DNA of 64,000 bases, taken from positions 197,353,741 to 197,417,740 of the forward strand of contig CM041465.1 of assembly GCA_023213395.1 (NCBI GenBank), given 5' to 3'. The translations under genes were made by a program, and so were the position numbers. The notes under the pieces are model-generated. The model worked only from the letters and a program-made list of their open reading frames with translations, ran no database searches and was not told where the DNA came from. The DNA is from Cycas panzhihuaensis (taxonomy: Eukaryota; Plantae; Cycadophyta). Positions 49,420 through 63,812 of this stretch are shown here, piece by piece; position 1 is the stretch's first letter; each line of letters starts with the position of its first letter.

Positions 49420-52316
49420 TGATGAAGAACCACATGATGTTTCACTAAAACCTAGCATTTGGTTTATATTTGTAATTCTTGATATGTTTATTGCAAGGTT
49501 TCATAAAAAATGAATGATGGATTTATTTAATCATGAATTAGGCCATGTTTTGATGAAGAAATGTATGAATTTTTGTTTAATGATTTATGATAAATGATGA
49601 TGTGATTTATATTTTTACCATCATCTACCGATGACTAAGACTAAGGCACTAAAGGTTTTTTTTCACAATAAATTTGACCTTATGCCTCGTTTAGAACTTG
49701 TTATTTTTTGCATTTTGTCTTTAATTTCACCTAATTTTGTCTTTTTTTTTTTAGTCATTTTTTGGCTTATATTTAGCATTTTCACCTTGTTTTGGGCCTC
49801 TCTACTCATTTATAAAGTCATTTATGCTTTAATTTATATTTAAAAAATAAATTTTAACTTTTATTTTTTGATCGATTATATTTTTTACTATCATGCATGC
49901 AAAACTTGATAGTGTGCCTGAATTTTATATGTCGCCATCTAGATTTAGTGGAATCTTATCTCTTCGATACCCAAAAATAATGACTAGTGTTTTGTGATTT
50001 TAGATTGTGAATTAGTATGGGAATTGCTTAGGATTTTAGTGGATTTTCGTAGTATTTTTGGAGATTTTAAGGACTACTACTATTATGACTAAAACTTGGA
50101 TTTTGAAGAGACTTATGGATGAAATCGATGAAGGATTTTAATGTTGTGACTTTGTGCTCTATTGATATTCAAATGTTGATGGTCTAATCTTCATTTTTGT
50201 GAAATTTTCTCAAAGTTTCAAGTTTCAAACTTCTTCTAAATAGGTAAGTCTTTCCTATATAGTTTCTTGTTCATCTCATAGTAGTATTTTTGAAGGTTGT
50301 TTTTGCTAAAAAATTTCTCTTTTATTTGACTGATTGCTGTACTGGTTTTGCATATATTTTGGGCCTTAAAATACTTACTGAAAGGCCAGCCCTTTATGGG
50401 GTTTATAAGGGTTAGACCAGGGTGAGGTATGGTCATCTCTCCATTATTCATTTAGCTACCCCTTCCTATTTTTGTATAATAGTTTGTATTTCAGGCAATT
50501 TGCATCCCTTTTAGTATTGTTTAGTTGTGGTTTAGCCTTTTTTATTTGTTGTTACTCTCCCTTGATTTGTTTTAAAGGAAAGCATTTAAAAAGATTGATC
50601 ATCTAAAAGGAAAATAGTCATTCTAAGGTAAGTTTTTGCAATAGGAAAGAAATTTTAATCTCATAATTTTGTGGTTTGCTTGATTTCACTCTCAAGTGAA
50701 CTTTCTTTCTCTTTAAAAGAAAAGTTAAAAGTATTGAATATCAAATGCACATTTGATTTTTTAGGTTGTTAAAGGTTTAAGGATCCTTTTGGAGTCTTTC
50801 TTACTCCAATTGTGATAAAACCTTTAAATCTAGTATTTTGTATGAGAGTTGTGGTGAAGATTTATTGTTTACATATAATCTCATAGGTCTAAAAAATCAT
50901 TTAAAATTGCAGTGATATCTTTTTAAAATCTCTCTCTCTTTTCAAAGAAATAGTTGCATGTGTGTAAGATGATATCTTCTAAATAGCATTGTATACTATT
51001 GTTTTGTTTAGAGAGCTTGCATAAATAATCATATAGTATGTTGCACTTCTTGATAGTGTCATTCCTTTTATTATAAAGTATGCATATTACATATAGGAAG
51101 ATATTTTCATATTTATATTTGAATCTCTCATCTTTGGAACAAAAAAGATAAAAGACATAAAAAAAAAAAATTGCATACATCTACTTCTAGCTTGTTTCCC
51201 TTTATTTGTTGATTAAAAATAAAGTAGGCCTTTTAGTTTCATTGATTGCCTATATTTATTTTATTTTCTTTATTTTATTTTTTGTTAAATTTAACACTAA
51301 AACCTAAAAGAAAAAACACTAGTGGAATAAGGATATCTTGAACCTTCTCAATACCCTGGTGATCCTCATTTTATAGATCCCCTTTTCGCATAAGAAGAAC
51401 TACCTTCAGACTAACGACATTCATCCTTCTTTGAGTTGGTTCTCACTATGGTTTCTACTCTATTACATATACCTGGTTATCAAGATCCATTTTATCTAGA
51501 GACTCATACATCCTTACCACATCATTTTTATATTAATCCTTTAGGTGAGGATTATGAGTCAATAGAATTTAAGTGTCCACCTGATGTTGTTTGTCCTCCT
51601 CGCCTTTCTCACCCACCTTCACCTAGACCTTCATCATGATCCCATTTCCCTCCTTTAGAGGAAATGGATGACCACATGTCAACTCATTCGTACCCTCACT
51701 ATTCTCCTCCTAGGCAGTAGATTTGGGTCCACTTTCCTCATCCCATCCTCTCTACCCGTGGAGATACCACCACTATTTCTACTCATGGTAACCCTATTGC
51801 CTCTCATGCATGTGTTCCTAATTAAGTGGTTATACCTTCACCTAGTTTGTGATATATATTTCTTCTACCACTCAATTACCTCTTCGTACCTCATGTACAG
51901 TTTTATCCTATGGTATTAGACCTTGCCCACCATATCCTAAGGCGTTTAACATGGTTCCCCCTTCACATCATATTTCTTACACTCATTCCATTCATCCTCA
52001 TGCTTTAATAAATTAATCACAAGCCTTGAGAGTTTTTGATCCTACTTCTTCTTTGCATATTATTAGACCTATTCCATAAGATAATCCTTTTACCATTTTT
52101 AATCCAATCTTTTCACAATACCCCATACCCCAAACCAACTCTGCTACTAACCCTATAATATAGTTTAATTTCTCTTCTACTCTTCTGTCTCACAATGCTT
52201 TACAACCATAACCATAATAATAATTATAACAACTTATTTATTCATCTACTCTACATCCATCCTCCTTGCCTCAACATTCTACCACGTTGAGGCCAAGGAG
52301 GCCCTTTCTCAACTAG

Positions 52317-54988
52317 ATGAAGTCTCCATTCCTATATGATAATATCCTTTTATCACCTATGTCTCATTTTCTTCCTGAGTTGCCTAAATTTTTAGATGAG
52401 ACTTCTCAGGATCCTGCTTCCTATATACAAGTATTCATACTTGCTTGTATACATTTCATGCCATATGATTATGTCATGATACGTCTATTCCCTAAATTAC
52501 TTCAAGGTGATGCCTTGAAGTGATTTTACTATCTCCCCTCAGCTTCTATAATCTTGTTCCAACAATTAGTTGACTTGTTTATCAACTACTTTGATATAGC
52601 AAGTCCATTTAAATTAGGTATTAAATCCCTATTAGCCATTAAGTAGAATCATGATGAGACCTTTAGGCACTTTGTTAGGAGATTTCAAGACTAAGTACAT
52701 GCTTATCACTCACATCTTGATCCTAGCTTACTATTTGATCTATTTACCAATGTGCTGAGGTCCCACGTGCATTTAGAAGTCCTAAAACTTGATCCTCAAA
52801 TATATGAAGAAGTGATTGATCAATGTTTAGCCCTAGAAATATTTAAAATTTAGGTGGGCATTAAGAAGGTTAGGAATCCTATGTCTTCTAAAGAACCAAT
52901 TCAAATTATAAAGGCTACCCATCCTGAGCCTATTTACGATCACTTGATTTCTTTAATTAGATAGTTAGAACATGCAATCAATACTAAATTGCGTGTTGAT
53001 AGTCCTTCTTAGAGTCAGCCTTCACAAGAGACCAAAGTTACTCATCTTAATGAAGGGAGGAAGAAACAAGCTCCTCTCACACCTCCTCCTCCATTCAGAA
53101 AGACAAAATGGTGCTTATACCATCTAATGGATGCATATGATAGAAGTGAGTGTCATACCATTGAAAACATAACTCATAATATAAATATTCAATCAAACTA
53201 TTCTTCTAAGTTGCCTTAAGACCAAATGATCTATAAGGATCCATTGCCTCAACATAATGAGAAAATAAGTAAGTACGATAAAGGTAAGGAAAAGCAGATG
53301 CAAGATTATGAAGGTGAACCTTCGAGTTCTAATTTGTCAAAGAAGACTACCACTCCCTCAAACACTCCAACTAATAATTAATCTCACCTGCCTCCTAAAG
53401 GTAGGGATACCAAGAGAACTATAAATATGGTGGACACCATAAATAGTATAGGTCTATCTAAATCATCTAATGATTTGATGGCAAGGAATCCTGACTCTTT
53501 AACTCTAGTACTCCCCCATCCCATTGGGTATAGGTCCATTCCCTCCAGTATAAAGGATGGATCTTTCTCTTTAATAGAAGAATTAAAGATAATTATAGTT
53601 GGTATATCAGTTATCGATTTGCTGAAATGTTACCCTAAGAAACATCATCTCTTATTTAATGCATTAGGAGTTCCTATGATAGTTTCTTCACCCACTTCTA
53701 TACTTTATTTTGACTTGGCTGCCTTATCTAGTCATTTCACACATGTACCAAATGACATACCTCTATTTTACATCAAGATTATGAAGAACAATGTCAATAT
53801 TAAGTGAGTTATTATTGACAATGGATCATTTGTCAATGTAATCCCTCTTTGTCTTGTTGAAGATTTGGAGATCTCTATTTTTTATCCATGTGAGTGGATT
53901 TGCCAAGGGTATGATTAGAACTAGAAAGTACCCTTAGGTCAAGTCACTCTTCATCTCACATTGGAAGAAAAGACAATTCTTATTGAGCTTACTATTATTG
54001 ACCTAGACTTAAAATATAATATTCTTTTGGGTAGACCATGGATCACCCAAATATCAGTGATTTATTCCTCCCTATTTGGTGAACTTAAGTTCATCCATGA
54101 GGGATAATTAAAAATTATTAAGCAAAAGCTAAAACCCATTAAACAATTAGTTCATCTTATTAAGACTTTTTTGGAACCTGGTGAATCCTTAAGCTCTATG
54201 ATGTACTTCTTTTAGTCACTTAGTTTAGGTCAATACTTTACTATTGAAGCCTCTTCTACTCACCTTGAAGTAAAGGGTGTGGATTTAGTTGATATTATTT
54301 CTTTGTCATCAAGCTCCCCATCTATTCCCATACCTTCAGACTTGACTGATCAATCTTCACCTTCATCTTCTTTTTCTATTTCTGATGAAGAAGTAGCTTC
54401 TCGTTCTATCGTATCTCATGGAGGCCCACCCATGATTAGGCTTACTGGCACAAATGCCTTTCCTCCCATTCAAGCTTATTTCTTACAAGTTTTATGCTTG
54501 CGTTTAGGGACAAATATAATGGTTCCTCCTATTACCAGTCCTTCAGTGACTACTTCTTCAATTTTAGTTATACATGATTCACGTATTGATGCTCCTCCCT
54601 CTTATTCTTCTTTTTTTAAGATATGGATGAATAGACATGAGAGAAAGATGTTATTGCATTGACACCCAAACTTAGAATAAGGGGGTGAATATATTGATTC
54701 ACTTGATACAAGTCAAAATAATCATAATACTTTGACTAGAGTACGGGAGATTAATTCCATCTCCACTATTTCTTTTCTTTCCTATCCTCATGTGGGTCCT
54801 TCCCTATCTTCTCTCATCTTAATATCTTTATTTAGCCATAACTGTGGTGTGGATTATTAAGAGTTTAACCGAATTTTTTCTTTAATTTGGGAGTTTGTTG
54901 ATAGGCCCATTTTCTTTTCTCATGTTTGCTCAATCATTGAGTTTGTTCCTACCTGTCCAAACTCTTTGGTTGATCCTCTTTTACCTCT

Positions 54989-55041
<53 letters not shown>

Positions 55042-58030
55042 TTCAACTTAAAAACCTTCTCCTCATCAATCTCTTCTATCTAGACCATTTTAAAAATGAT
55101 GAGGTGATCACAGAGCATCTAGTAAGTTCATCTCCTGGTTTTCCTAATGGACACCATAAGTTGGGTTTTTCAAAAGTTATAGTTAATCATAGTCGATCCC
55201 AGGAGTCTATCTCTTTAATAGAGTCCACCCCCCTCATTTTGAGGAAGGAAATGTGATGCTTATGGAATATACCATTAATGTAGACTTAAAAATAAAGGAT
55301 GTTCCTAGAATTATCAAGTTGGGAGTTAGTTACACTCCCCAAGACGTCACTTAGTTTAAGGATCTCTTTTATGAGTTTCATTTAGTCTTCACAAGGGGCT
55401 ATAAAGATATGTATGGTCTTGACTCCCAAGTTATCAAACATAATATTATGGTGTTTCTTGGTATAAAACCTAAGTAGCAAAAATAATTCCCTATCCATCC
55501 ATGCCTCTCCCTTGCCATTAAATAAGAAGTGGAGAAGCTATTAGGAGCTAGATTCATTGAGAGTATTGATTATTCTTAGTGGATTTCTAACATAGTTCCT
55601 ATAGCAAAAAAAAGGTTTAATTTGAATTTGCATCAACTTCCATGATATCAATGATGTGTGTTCTAAGAATAATTTTCCTCTCCCTTTTCTTGACTAGATT
55701 TGAGACTAGATAGCTAATTTTAAGGTAATATCCCTTATGGATAGCTTTTTAGGATATAACTAGATTTCTATCACACCACGTGGCTGCCACATGACCGCTT
55801 TCACCATTCCTTAGGGCACCTTCATTTATAAAGTCATACCATTTAGATTGAAGAACATTAGTGTGACATATCAAAGAGCTATGGTATATATCTTCCATGA
55901 CTTGATTGGTAATATCATTGATATATATTTAGATGATATGCTCGCCCTTCCACGTAGAAGGTATGATCATGTGCATGACCTTAGAATGATTTTTGAAAGG
56001 TTTAAGAAATATTGCTTATGCCTTAATCTCTCTAAGTGTGTTTTCACTATTACATCAAAAAAGATGTTGGGAAACATCATTTCTTAATATGGGATTAGAA
56101 TTAATCTCGATAAGACCAAAGCAATTATTGAAATGCCTCCCCTTAAGAGCTAAAAGAAAATTAAATATTTTTTAGGTAGACTTAGTTTCTTAAGACGTTT
56201 CATTACTGATTTCTCTTTAGATACTAAGCCTATCACCAATCTTTGAAAGAAAGATATCGAGTTGCGATGTCCTCGAGTCCTTTGATAATATGAAGTAAGC
56301 CTTAGTTTTAACTCCAATTCTTACTTCACTAAGGTTTGACAAACCATTCATTTTATATACTTCAACTATAGAGGAATCATTAATAGGAATGTTAGCATAA
56401 GAAGATGACTTTGATAAAGAATGAGCTATCTATTTCATTAGTAGGACCCTTATGGCTATTGAACTTTACTATCCTTTCCTTGAAAAAGAGTGTCTTACTT
56501 CAATTTTTGGTACTAAGAAGTTACGCTACTCCCTCTTTGAAAATAGGGTCCACCTCATTATTCAATTAGATCCCATAAGATATTTTCTTACCAAGTCTAG
56601 GTAAGTGGTCTTTGTTACCTCAAGAGTTTAATTTACAAGTGGTTAGTAGGAAATCTAAGAAATACATGGTCATCTCAAAGATCATGGTTGATACTCCTCT
56701 CCTTAATCTTACTAGTCAATCTATTGATGATTCCCTCCTAGATAGACATATTCTCTATATCCAAGGAATCCCTTTTGATAATCCATAGTATGGAGAGATC
56801 TGATTATATCTCTATGATCAATCCTTCCCTTCTCTTACTACTTCAAATAAGAGAAGAAGAGTTCGAGCTGCTACCAAGAAATACCTTTTGATTGATGATA
56901 TACTTTATAAGCATTCTTTCGATGCAATCCTGCTAAGGTGCCTCTCACCTAATGAATCATTAGTTGTCTTAACAACATCCCATGAAGGAACATGTGGTGG
57001 GTATTTTTCTAGCTAGCCAATGGCTGAACACATTCTTCGTATGGGCTAATATTGGCCTACTTTGTTTAAAGATACCCACTCTTATGTTCAAAAATACCAG
57101 AAGTGTCAATTCCATGCAATGTTGGTATATAAACCCATGCAAGAAATGAAGTCAATCATTTCACCTTGGTCTTTTTCCCAATGGGGTCTCGATCTCATTG
57201 GTTAAATTTCTCCAGTGCCATCTAATGGGTATAAATTTATCCTAACTGCAACTAAATATTTTATGAAGTAGAGTGAAGCTATTCCATTGGTCTTTGCTAC
57301 TAGAAAAATTGTTGCCACATTTATATTTCAGCATATTATTTATAAGTTTAGGATATTAGATATTATCATTATTAATAATGGGACTTCATTCTGTAATCCC
57401 CATATCAATGAATTATGTAATAAGTGTGATATCACTCATAGGTTATCTACCTCTTATCATCCTTAGGCAAATAGCCAAGTGGAAGCTTTCAATAAGATCT
57501 TAGCCAAGATTCTAGCTAAGACAATTTCTACTTCTCATAGGGATTGACACTCTCAATTATTTCTGGTATCATGGGTCTATATGACCTCCATTAGGAATGC
57601 TATGAGTATAATACCATTTTCCCTTATTTTTGGTGTCAAAGATGTCCTTCCATTATAGGTTGAAATTCCTTCCTTATATGTCTCATTAAAATAGTTTACT
57701 GACAAGGAGTTCCAAAAGGAAACATGTCTCTTGGAACTTGAAAAATTAGATGAGACTCGCTTACAAGCCTTGAAAAATAACATGGCATCCAAGGCTAGGG
57801 TCTAAGTTGCACATGATAGGTAGCTTAGACCTAGAAAGTTCAATGTTAGTGATAAAGTCTTAATGCTAGAATATTTACATGATAAGAAACATAAATTTTC
57901 TCCCAGATAGTTAGACCCCATTTTAGTAATTGAAGATTTAACTAATGGATCTTATCAAATTTTGATGTTGGAAGGACTAAAATTTTAAAGGCCAGTCAAT
58001 TCTCAGTATCTGAAAAAGTTTTATACCTAG
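52317..58030 (+). pseudogene. gag-pol relic of the Tat-type element
   Basis: Gag LPKF..DPASYIQVF..MIRLFPKLLQGDALK*FY. Protease IIDNGSFVNVIP, YNILLGRPWI. RT YQRAMVYIFHDLIGNIIDIYLDDML. RH YFISRTL..ELYYPFLEKECL. INT HEGTCGGYF, SPWSFSQWGLDLIG, STSYHP.ANSQVEAFNK. Ends YLKKFYT* at 58030. No aRH between RH and INT. Confidence 0.92.
54991..55028. repeat. (CT)n microsatellite inside the pol relic
   Basis: Direct reading. Confidence 0.95.
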
Positions 58031-58709
58031 TAGCATTCATTCATCCCCTCCTCAACGAGAATAAACTATGGCTCTAAAACTTTTTTCCTTTACCTAATGA
58101 GCTAAAACTATGGGTAAATTCCCCTTATTTCTGGTCTTTCCTTACTTTCTATTAAGTGATGTTGTACTTTTACAAGAGATCCTACTCATAATCATGTGAG
58201 TTTTTTACTCTTTCTAACATGTACATTGATTGTGAGATTTTTAGCACCATATTTAGATCTTGTTCTCTTTTGAGGTTTGTACTTAAAGGAGAACTTGGGC
58301 CCCCAGTCTTATTATATTTTTATCCTATAAAGAGAAATGCTTCTGTCAGCTTCAGGTCTCTAGTCATTAGTTGAGATCATATTTCTATTTGCTAGTACTT
58401 TACTTGGAGGATTTCCTTTTGGTCATATATCACCTATTGTCCTTGATTGTTTTTATTATGTTTGGTTCTCTTTATTAATTTTTGAAGTGGATACTCATTT
58501 TGCCATATTTCTTTTATGTTTGGAGACACTATGATTTTGGTCTTCTCTCTTCTAACAGTTCAATCCTTAAGGAGATTGGTCTTTATTTTATTCTAGATTT
58601 TGTTAAAAGGGATAAGTCCTTATTGTGTTGAGTGAAAGAAGCTTATAGTTGGATGATTATGATTCCCTTTTTATAAAAAGGGAAAGAAGTAAAAGTGGAA
58701 GTGAAAGTA

Positions 58710-59142
<433 letters not shown>

Positions 59143-59349
59143 TAGTTGTTTAGGTCCATCGTGAACTTAGTTATAATCAAACCCTGCTTGACACCATTGC
59201 TAGTATTGACCATGATTATCTCAATTATGCTTCTTCTTTTTCTTCTTCATAGTCAGAATTATTTCATTTGTTACCATCTCCTTATCGATTGATTCTCATG
59301 CCCTCCTCTATTGATTACACTATCTCCAAACTTTAATCTTATTGTTCCC

Positions 59350-59754
59350 ATGGCATTGAGTATATTCATCGATGGAGGTAGTAGGGGAAACCTAAGACCA
59401 TCTGCTTCTGCTTGGGTGGTTTATGACTAATCAGGAAATCCCCTCCTTTCCATGGGAGTTTTTATACCTAGGGAAACTAATAATGAAATTGAATATCTTA
59501 CTATTATAGGAGCCTTATATGATATATCTCACTTTTATCTTGGACATATTACTATATATGCTAACTCCCAGGTTGTAGTTTATTAGTTGGTTGGGATATA
59601 TTAAGTTCATTCTTTACAACTTCTTCTTCTTCATCATCAAGCTCCATCATTATTATCTATTTTTGTTTCAATTACCATTTAGTACATACCTTACTTCCAT
59701 AACCTTGAAGTTGATGCTCTTGTTTCCTCTATTCCATATGATCATTTTACTTGA
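59350..59754 (+). pseudogene. Stand-alone archaeal-type RNase HI (aRH) ORF, 135 codons, four in-frame stops, no frameshift
   Basis: MALSIFIDGGSRGNLRPSASAWVVYD*SG...RETNNEIEYLTII...ITIYANSQVVVY*LVGIY*V...YIPYFHNLEVDALV matches the DGASRGNPG / TNNxAEY / DSxLVVxQ / NxxADxL RNase HI motifs. Confidence 0.9.
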
Positions 59755-60582
59755 CTTTTATCTTTTATCTAGGGCACCCCACTCTGGAATGAGTATAAAC
59801 TACCACTCCATAACGAGTATAAACTATTAGTTTGAGAAGTTTTAAATCTGAGTAGTTTGAAGACTAGGATAATAAGTAGAAGATTTAAGTGAAGTATTTG
59901 AAAGAGAGAGAGCCATGTGGAAATCTTGGGCCATGGAGGATCTTGGTAGGGGGTAAGTCCTTAAAAGCTTCTTGCCCTTGGAAGGAGCCAATAAGGAATC
60001 CAATATACTCAGATGACTAGTTGTTTGTTAGGTGAAATTAACTTTTCATTTAGTAAATAGCTTGTTTTCTTCATGATATATTATATAAATGTGGATTTCA
60101 TTCTATGTTTATATAATCTATCAGTAGTATGATATGAGTTATATGAATTTCCTTTTTGGGGATTCATATTATTCCATCTTTTACTTTTATAAACCTATTA
60201 TCATTTATTTTGAATGGTTTTAAGTTTATAAAAATAGAATAAGTAAACCTTTCACCTGCTTCCTTTCATCTTTTATTTATTTTCTTTTCTTTACTCTTTC
60301 TTGAGATTTTTTTCTTTCCTAAACCATTATACTCTAGAACAAGTATAAACTATCCTATACTCTAGAATGAGTATAAACTATTATGTATATGTCATAATAA
60401 AAATTACAAAAAAAACATATAACTACAAAAGAATAAAAAAGTAAAAATGATAAAATTTATTGCATGTTTCTTTGGATAATCAAGTAGATAAATGTATCCT
60501 ATACTCAATTCAAAAAGGGAAATAAAGGGGAGAAAGGGTTTATAGACAAGTATTCATACACAAGCTTTTAAGAGAAAATGAT

Positions 60583-60585
<3 letters not shown>

Positions 60586-60618
<33 letters not shown>
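60586..60618. repeat. (AT)n microsatellite
   Basis: Direct reading. Confidence 0.9.
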
Positions 60619-60623
<5 letters not shown>

Positions 60624-60699
60624 ACAAAGGTATAGTACATTTGTCACTCATATGACTCATGATACATATTGAGGCTTATAAAATGCCTCTCATCTCCCT

Positions 60700-62868
60700 C
60701 CTATCTCCCTATGTAATACATTATACATTTATCTCTACCACCCCTAATGAGATCCCTTGGGTACACTTGGATCTACTCTCTTCCTCTTGCTTGAAGTCTC
60801 CCTGTGTGTAGACTCACCATAAGGTAAGAGGTGGCATCATTCCTGTTGTACAGTTATACTCACTAATGAAGTATATCACACTCCTACTTGAGCCAATGTC
60901 ATTATTTAAAAATGTCATCTCTCATCCTCACCTGCCTTAAGCTCTAGCTCTTACATCCTCATATCCATCCTTGTGTCTATATAAAGATCTCAAGCTCGAA
61001 GTACATGGCTGTAATAATTAATATGATGTACCAGGAGTCTGCGATCTATACATTCTATGTTAGCACCTCTTTTGATACTAGAATATAGGGGAAGATCACC
61101 TTTAGTGTCCTCTGGACCTCCCTTAAGGTCACCATCTCATCACCTGCCCAATGAAAACATGTAATCTATAATCAATTCCCTAAAATAAAAAGTCCTTAAA
61201 AGATAAAGAAGTATGACATGATATAAGAAAAAATCAATAAAATAGCATACCTGGCGATCCTCCTCTACTAGTTACCTTTGCACTTATTGCCTCCTCCACT
61301 GGTAGTACCTCTTATCCCTGTGGCTCATGGATAGGCTCCTATGCAGCCTCACCATCTCCAGACCTGCTCCCTCCACCTCTCCCCTATCCATCTATTGACC
61401 TGAGCTCCATGCTCTGTATGGAGCCTCCTCTCTCCTCCATAGGTGCTCCACCCCCTCTCTTAAGCACTTGATGACTCCCTGCTACTCCCCCACTCAATGA
61501 GGCACCTCCTTTGACTCCTTGACCTATCTCTACATCACCCCTGCCACCTCTTTGACCTCATCCTCCTCCATCTTACCCTCTCCCTCTCTATTATTTAGTT
61601 GTTGGAGCCTCCTCTACTGTTTCCCTCTCTGCAACATCAATCTCATCATTGCTCCAGATCAATATCCCTGCATATGCATCCTCTACTAGTTATCTCCTCG
61701 TCATCCTGCTAAAGATAGGCTTATATATATTTCATGCCATGATAACTAGCTTATTATGGATTTGTGACCTCATGCACCACCTGTTCATCCCCAAGTCCAT
61801 CATTGCTAGCTTTCCTAACTCACCTCTAAGTCTCATGAGTAGAACATGGTCATACAACTAATACATCAATATAGAGCTATATGAAAATCTATCCCTCCCC
61901 ATCCCCTGAATCCTATATAACTAGTAACTAATACTATCCACTATGTATTATCCCTAGTTGATCTGAATCCCCTACTTATATCTCTGTACCACTCTTGTCC
62001 ACTGAGCCAGAATCCCCATGAAGTTCTAAGTTTTGGCTATCCTATAAATGATGATAAAAGTAATGGTCCTCCACATTATAAGAATACCATCTATTATTCG
62101 AATAGCCTCCACTAACATCCTATGTTGGTATATCTGATCAACGAATCCTATTAGATACTCACTACATGCCATCTGGCACTCCTCGTCCATCATTCTGATG
62201 AGTTTGACTTGCTCTCTATGCCAGTTGATCCCTAAGATCCTTCCCACATCATTTAAAGTGATCTTGATCTTTCTAATGACTCATATCCTAAATACATTAC
62301 GTCTTGGGGCCCAACAACTAACAAAATCATGTAAGATATCGTGCTCCATGACAAGATGGGTAGATCCACTCATTCATGAGAGTCTACATACTCTCAAAAT
62401 CCCCTACCCTACCTCATCTAACTAACTCACGAGCTTCCTGATTGCCATTCCCTTATTCTCTCACATCTCCACCCTCTCCAGGGCCTATATCACATATTAA
62501 AATTATATTAGTTCCCTTACTTTATTTTAAAAAAAATTAAAATTTAAAGGTTATTTAAGCAAAAGTCTAAAAGTATGGCTAGACAACTAAAAACGTGATT
62601 TCATAGTAAAAAAATATGATTTTACACTAAGAAAATATGACTTCCCCTAAAGCTTCCAAATTATAAAATTATGTTTTTCGTACTATTATTATATTTTTCA
62701 CTGATTAACCATGTTTTTAGTACAGTAACTACAGTTTTTGCACTATATCATAGTGTTTTTTACTCAAAAATAAAACAATAAAAAAAAAGTATAATTCTGG
62801 CTCACTAGGTATTTGGTTTTCTGCTCCATTCTACTGATGAAGATCCTCTAAGGCTAGTCCTCTATCAT
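60700..62868 (-). pseudogene. Antisense spliced plant mobile domain (PMD, PF10536-like) gene relic; putative exons 62868-62806, 62484-61251, 61143-~60700
   Basis: HDILHDFVSCWAPRRNVFRI*VIRKIKITLNDVGRILGI, IN*G*YIVDSISY*LYR and ILMY*LYDH match the PMD motifs ALVERWxPETHTFH..EMTITLxDV..ILGL, YxWG..LY..L and LLQxW. One frame holds across 1.2 kb. GT-AG introns 62805-62485 (phase 0) and 61250-61144 (phase 1) keep frame. Confidence 0.75.
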
Positions 62869-63261
62869 AAAGAGCTCCTGATAACCCTAGAAATAAGGAA
62901 AATAGCCTTTAGTTATCTCCTCTTCTTCTCCTCCCTCTTGTAAAAATGACGCCTTTTTACATCTATTTTCTTATAAATAGGGAGGGATTTTTCTTTATTT
63001 TCTTAGGCAAAAATTTTCCTAGTTCCCATGGGACCTACCAAAGTAAAATATATTTCTTTTCAACTATCATTCTCATCAAAATTACATATAAATCTTGAAA
63101 ACTATATGTATTTACTTTGGTAAGGGTCAATTATCATTTTAAGACCTGATTATTTTCTTCTAGGAGCTCGTCTTCTTTTGGAGACATAATGTATAATTCT
63201 CTATTCACTCCTTTTATACATATTTTTGGCATTTGTCTCTAAAGGAACATTGCTTTGAATC

Positions 63262-63812
63262 TCCTTTAGTTGTTGATAAGCCTAAACTATGACAAGATGA
63301 TGCTATGAACTTCCTTTACCTATTGATGAGCCTAAATTATAACATGGTAATGCTCTTAACCTCCTTTACCTGTTGATGAGCCTAAACTATGACAGGTTGA
63401 TGCTCTAAACCTCCTTTCACCTATTAACAAGCTAAAACTATGATAGGAACATTGCTCTGAGCTTACTTTCACCTATTGATGAGCCTAAACTATGAAAGGA
63501 TTAAGCTCTAAAACCTTCCTTCACCTATTGATGAGCCTAAACTACAACAGGGTGACACTTCAAGTCCCTTCTACCTATTAATGAGCTTAAACTATGATAG
63601 CTAACCATCTGAATCTAATTGTTAATGAGGTTAAACTATGATGATTAACCTCAAAAATCCCTCACCCTATTAATGAGGTTTATCTATGATGGGTTTGTTT
63701 CGAAAAGTCACTTTTTAATGAGTTGGTAAACTATGATAGTTTATCCTTTTTACTTTAGCAAAAAGATTTCTCTTCAATGTGTGATTAAAGAGAGATAAAC
63801 TATAACCAGTTA
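63262..63812 (+). repeat. Tandem array, ~50-bp period, ~11 copies of a hairpin unit (cctgttg-atgagcctaaacta-tgacagg)
   Basis: Copies near 63271, 63319, 63369, 63420, 63472, 63524, 63574, 63617, 63665, 63711 and 63783. Confidence 0.9.

Noticed and set aside
63262-63745. CRISPR-like repeat/spacer array
   Set aside because: Eukaryotic TE context, spacers are related to one another, repeats are degenerate, and there are no cas genes.
63262-63812. Hammerhead ribozyme (TGATGAG...AAAC looks like the CUGAUGA/GAAA core)
   Set aside because: Has TAAAC rather than GAAAC, no stem II/III and no NUH cleavage triplet. The TGATGAG is probably CpG-decayed CGACGAG.
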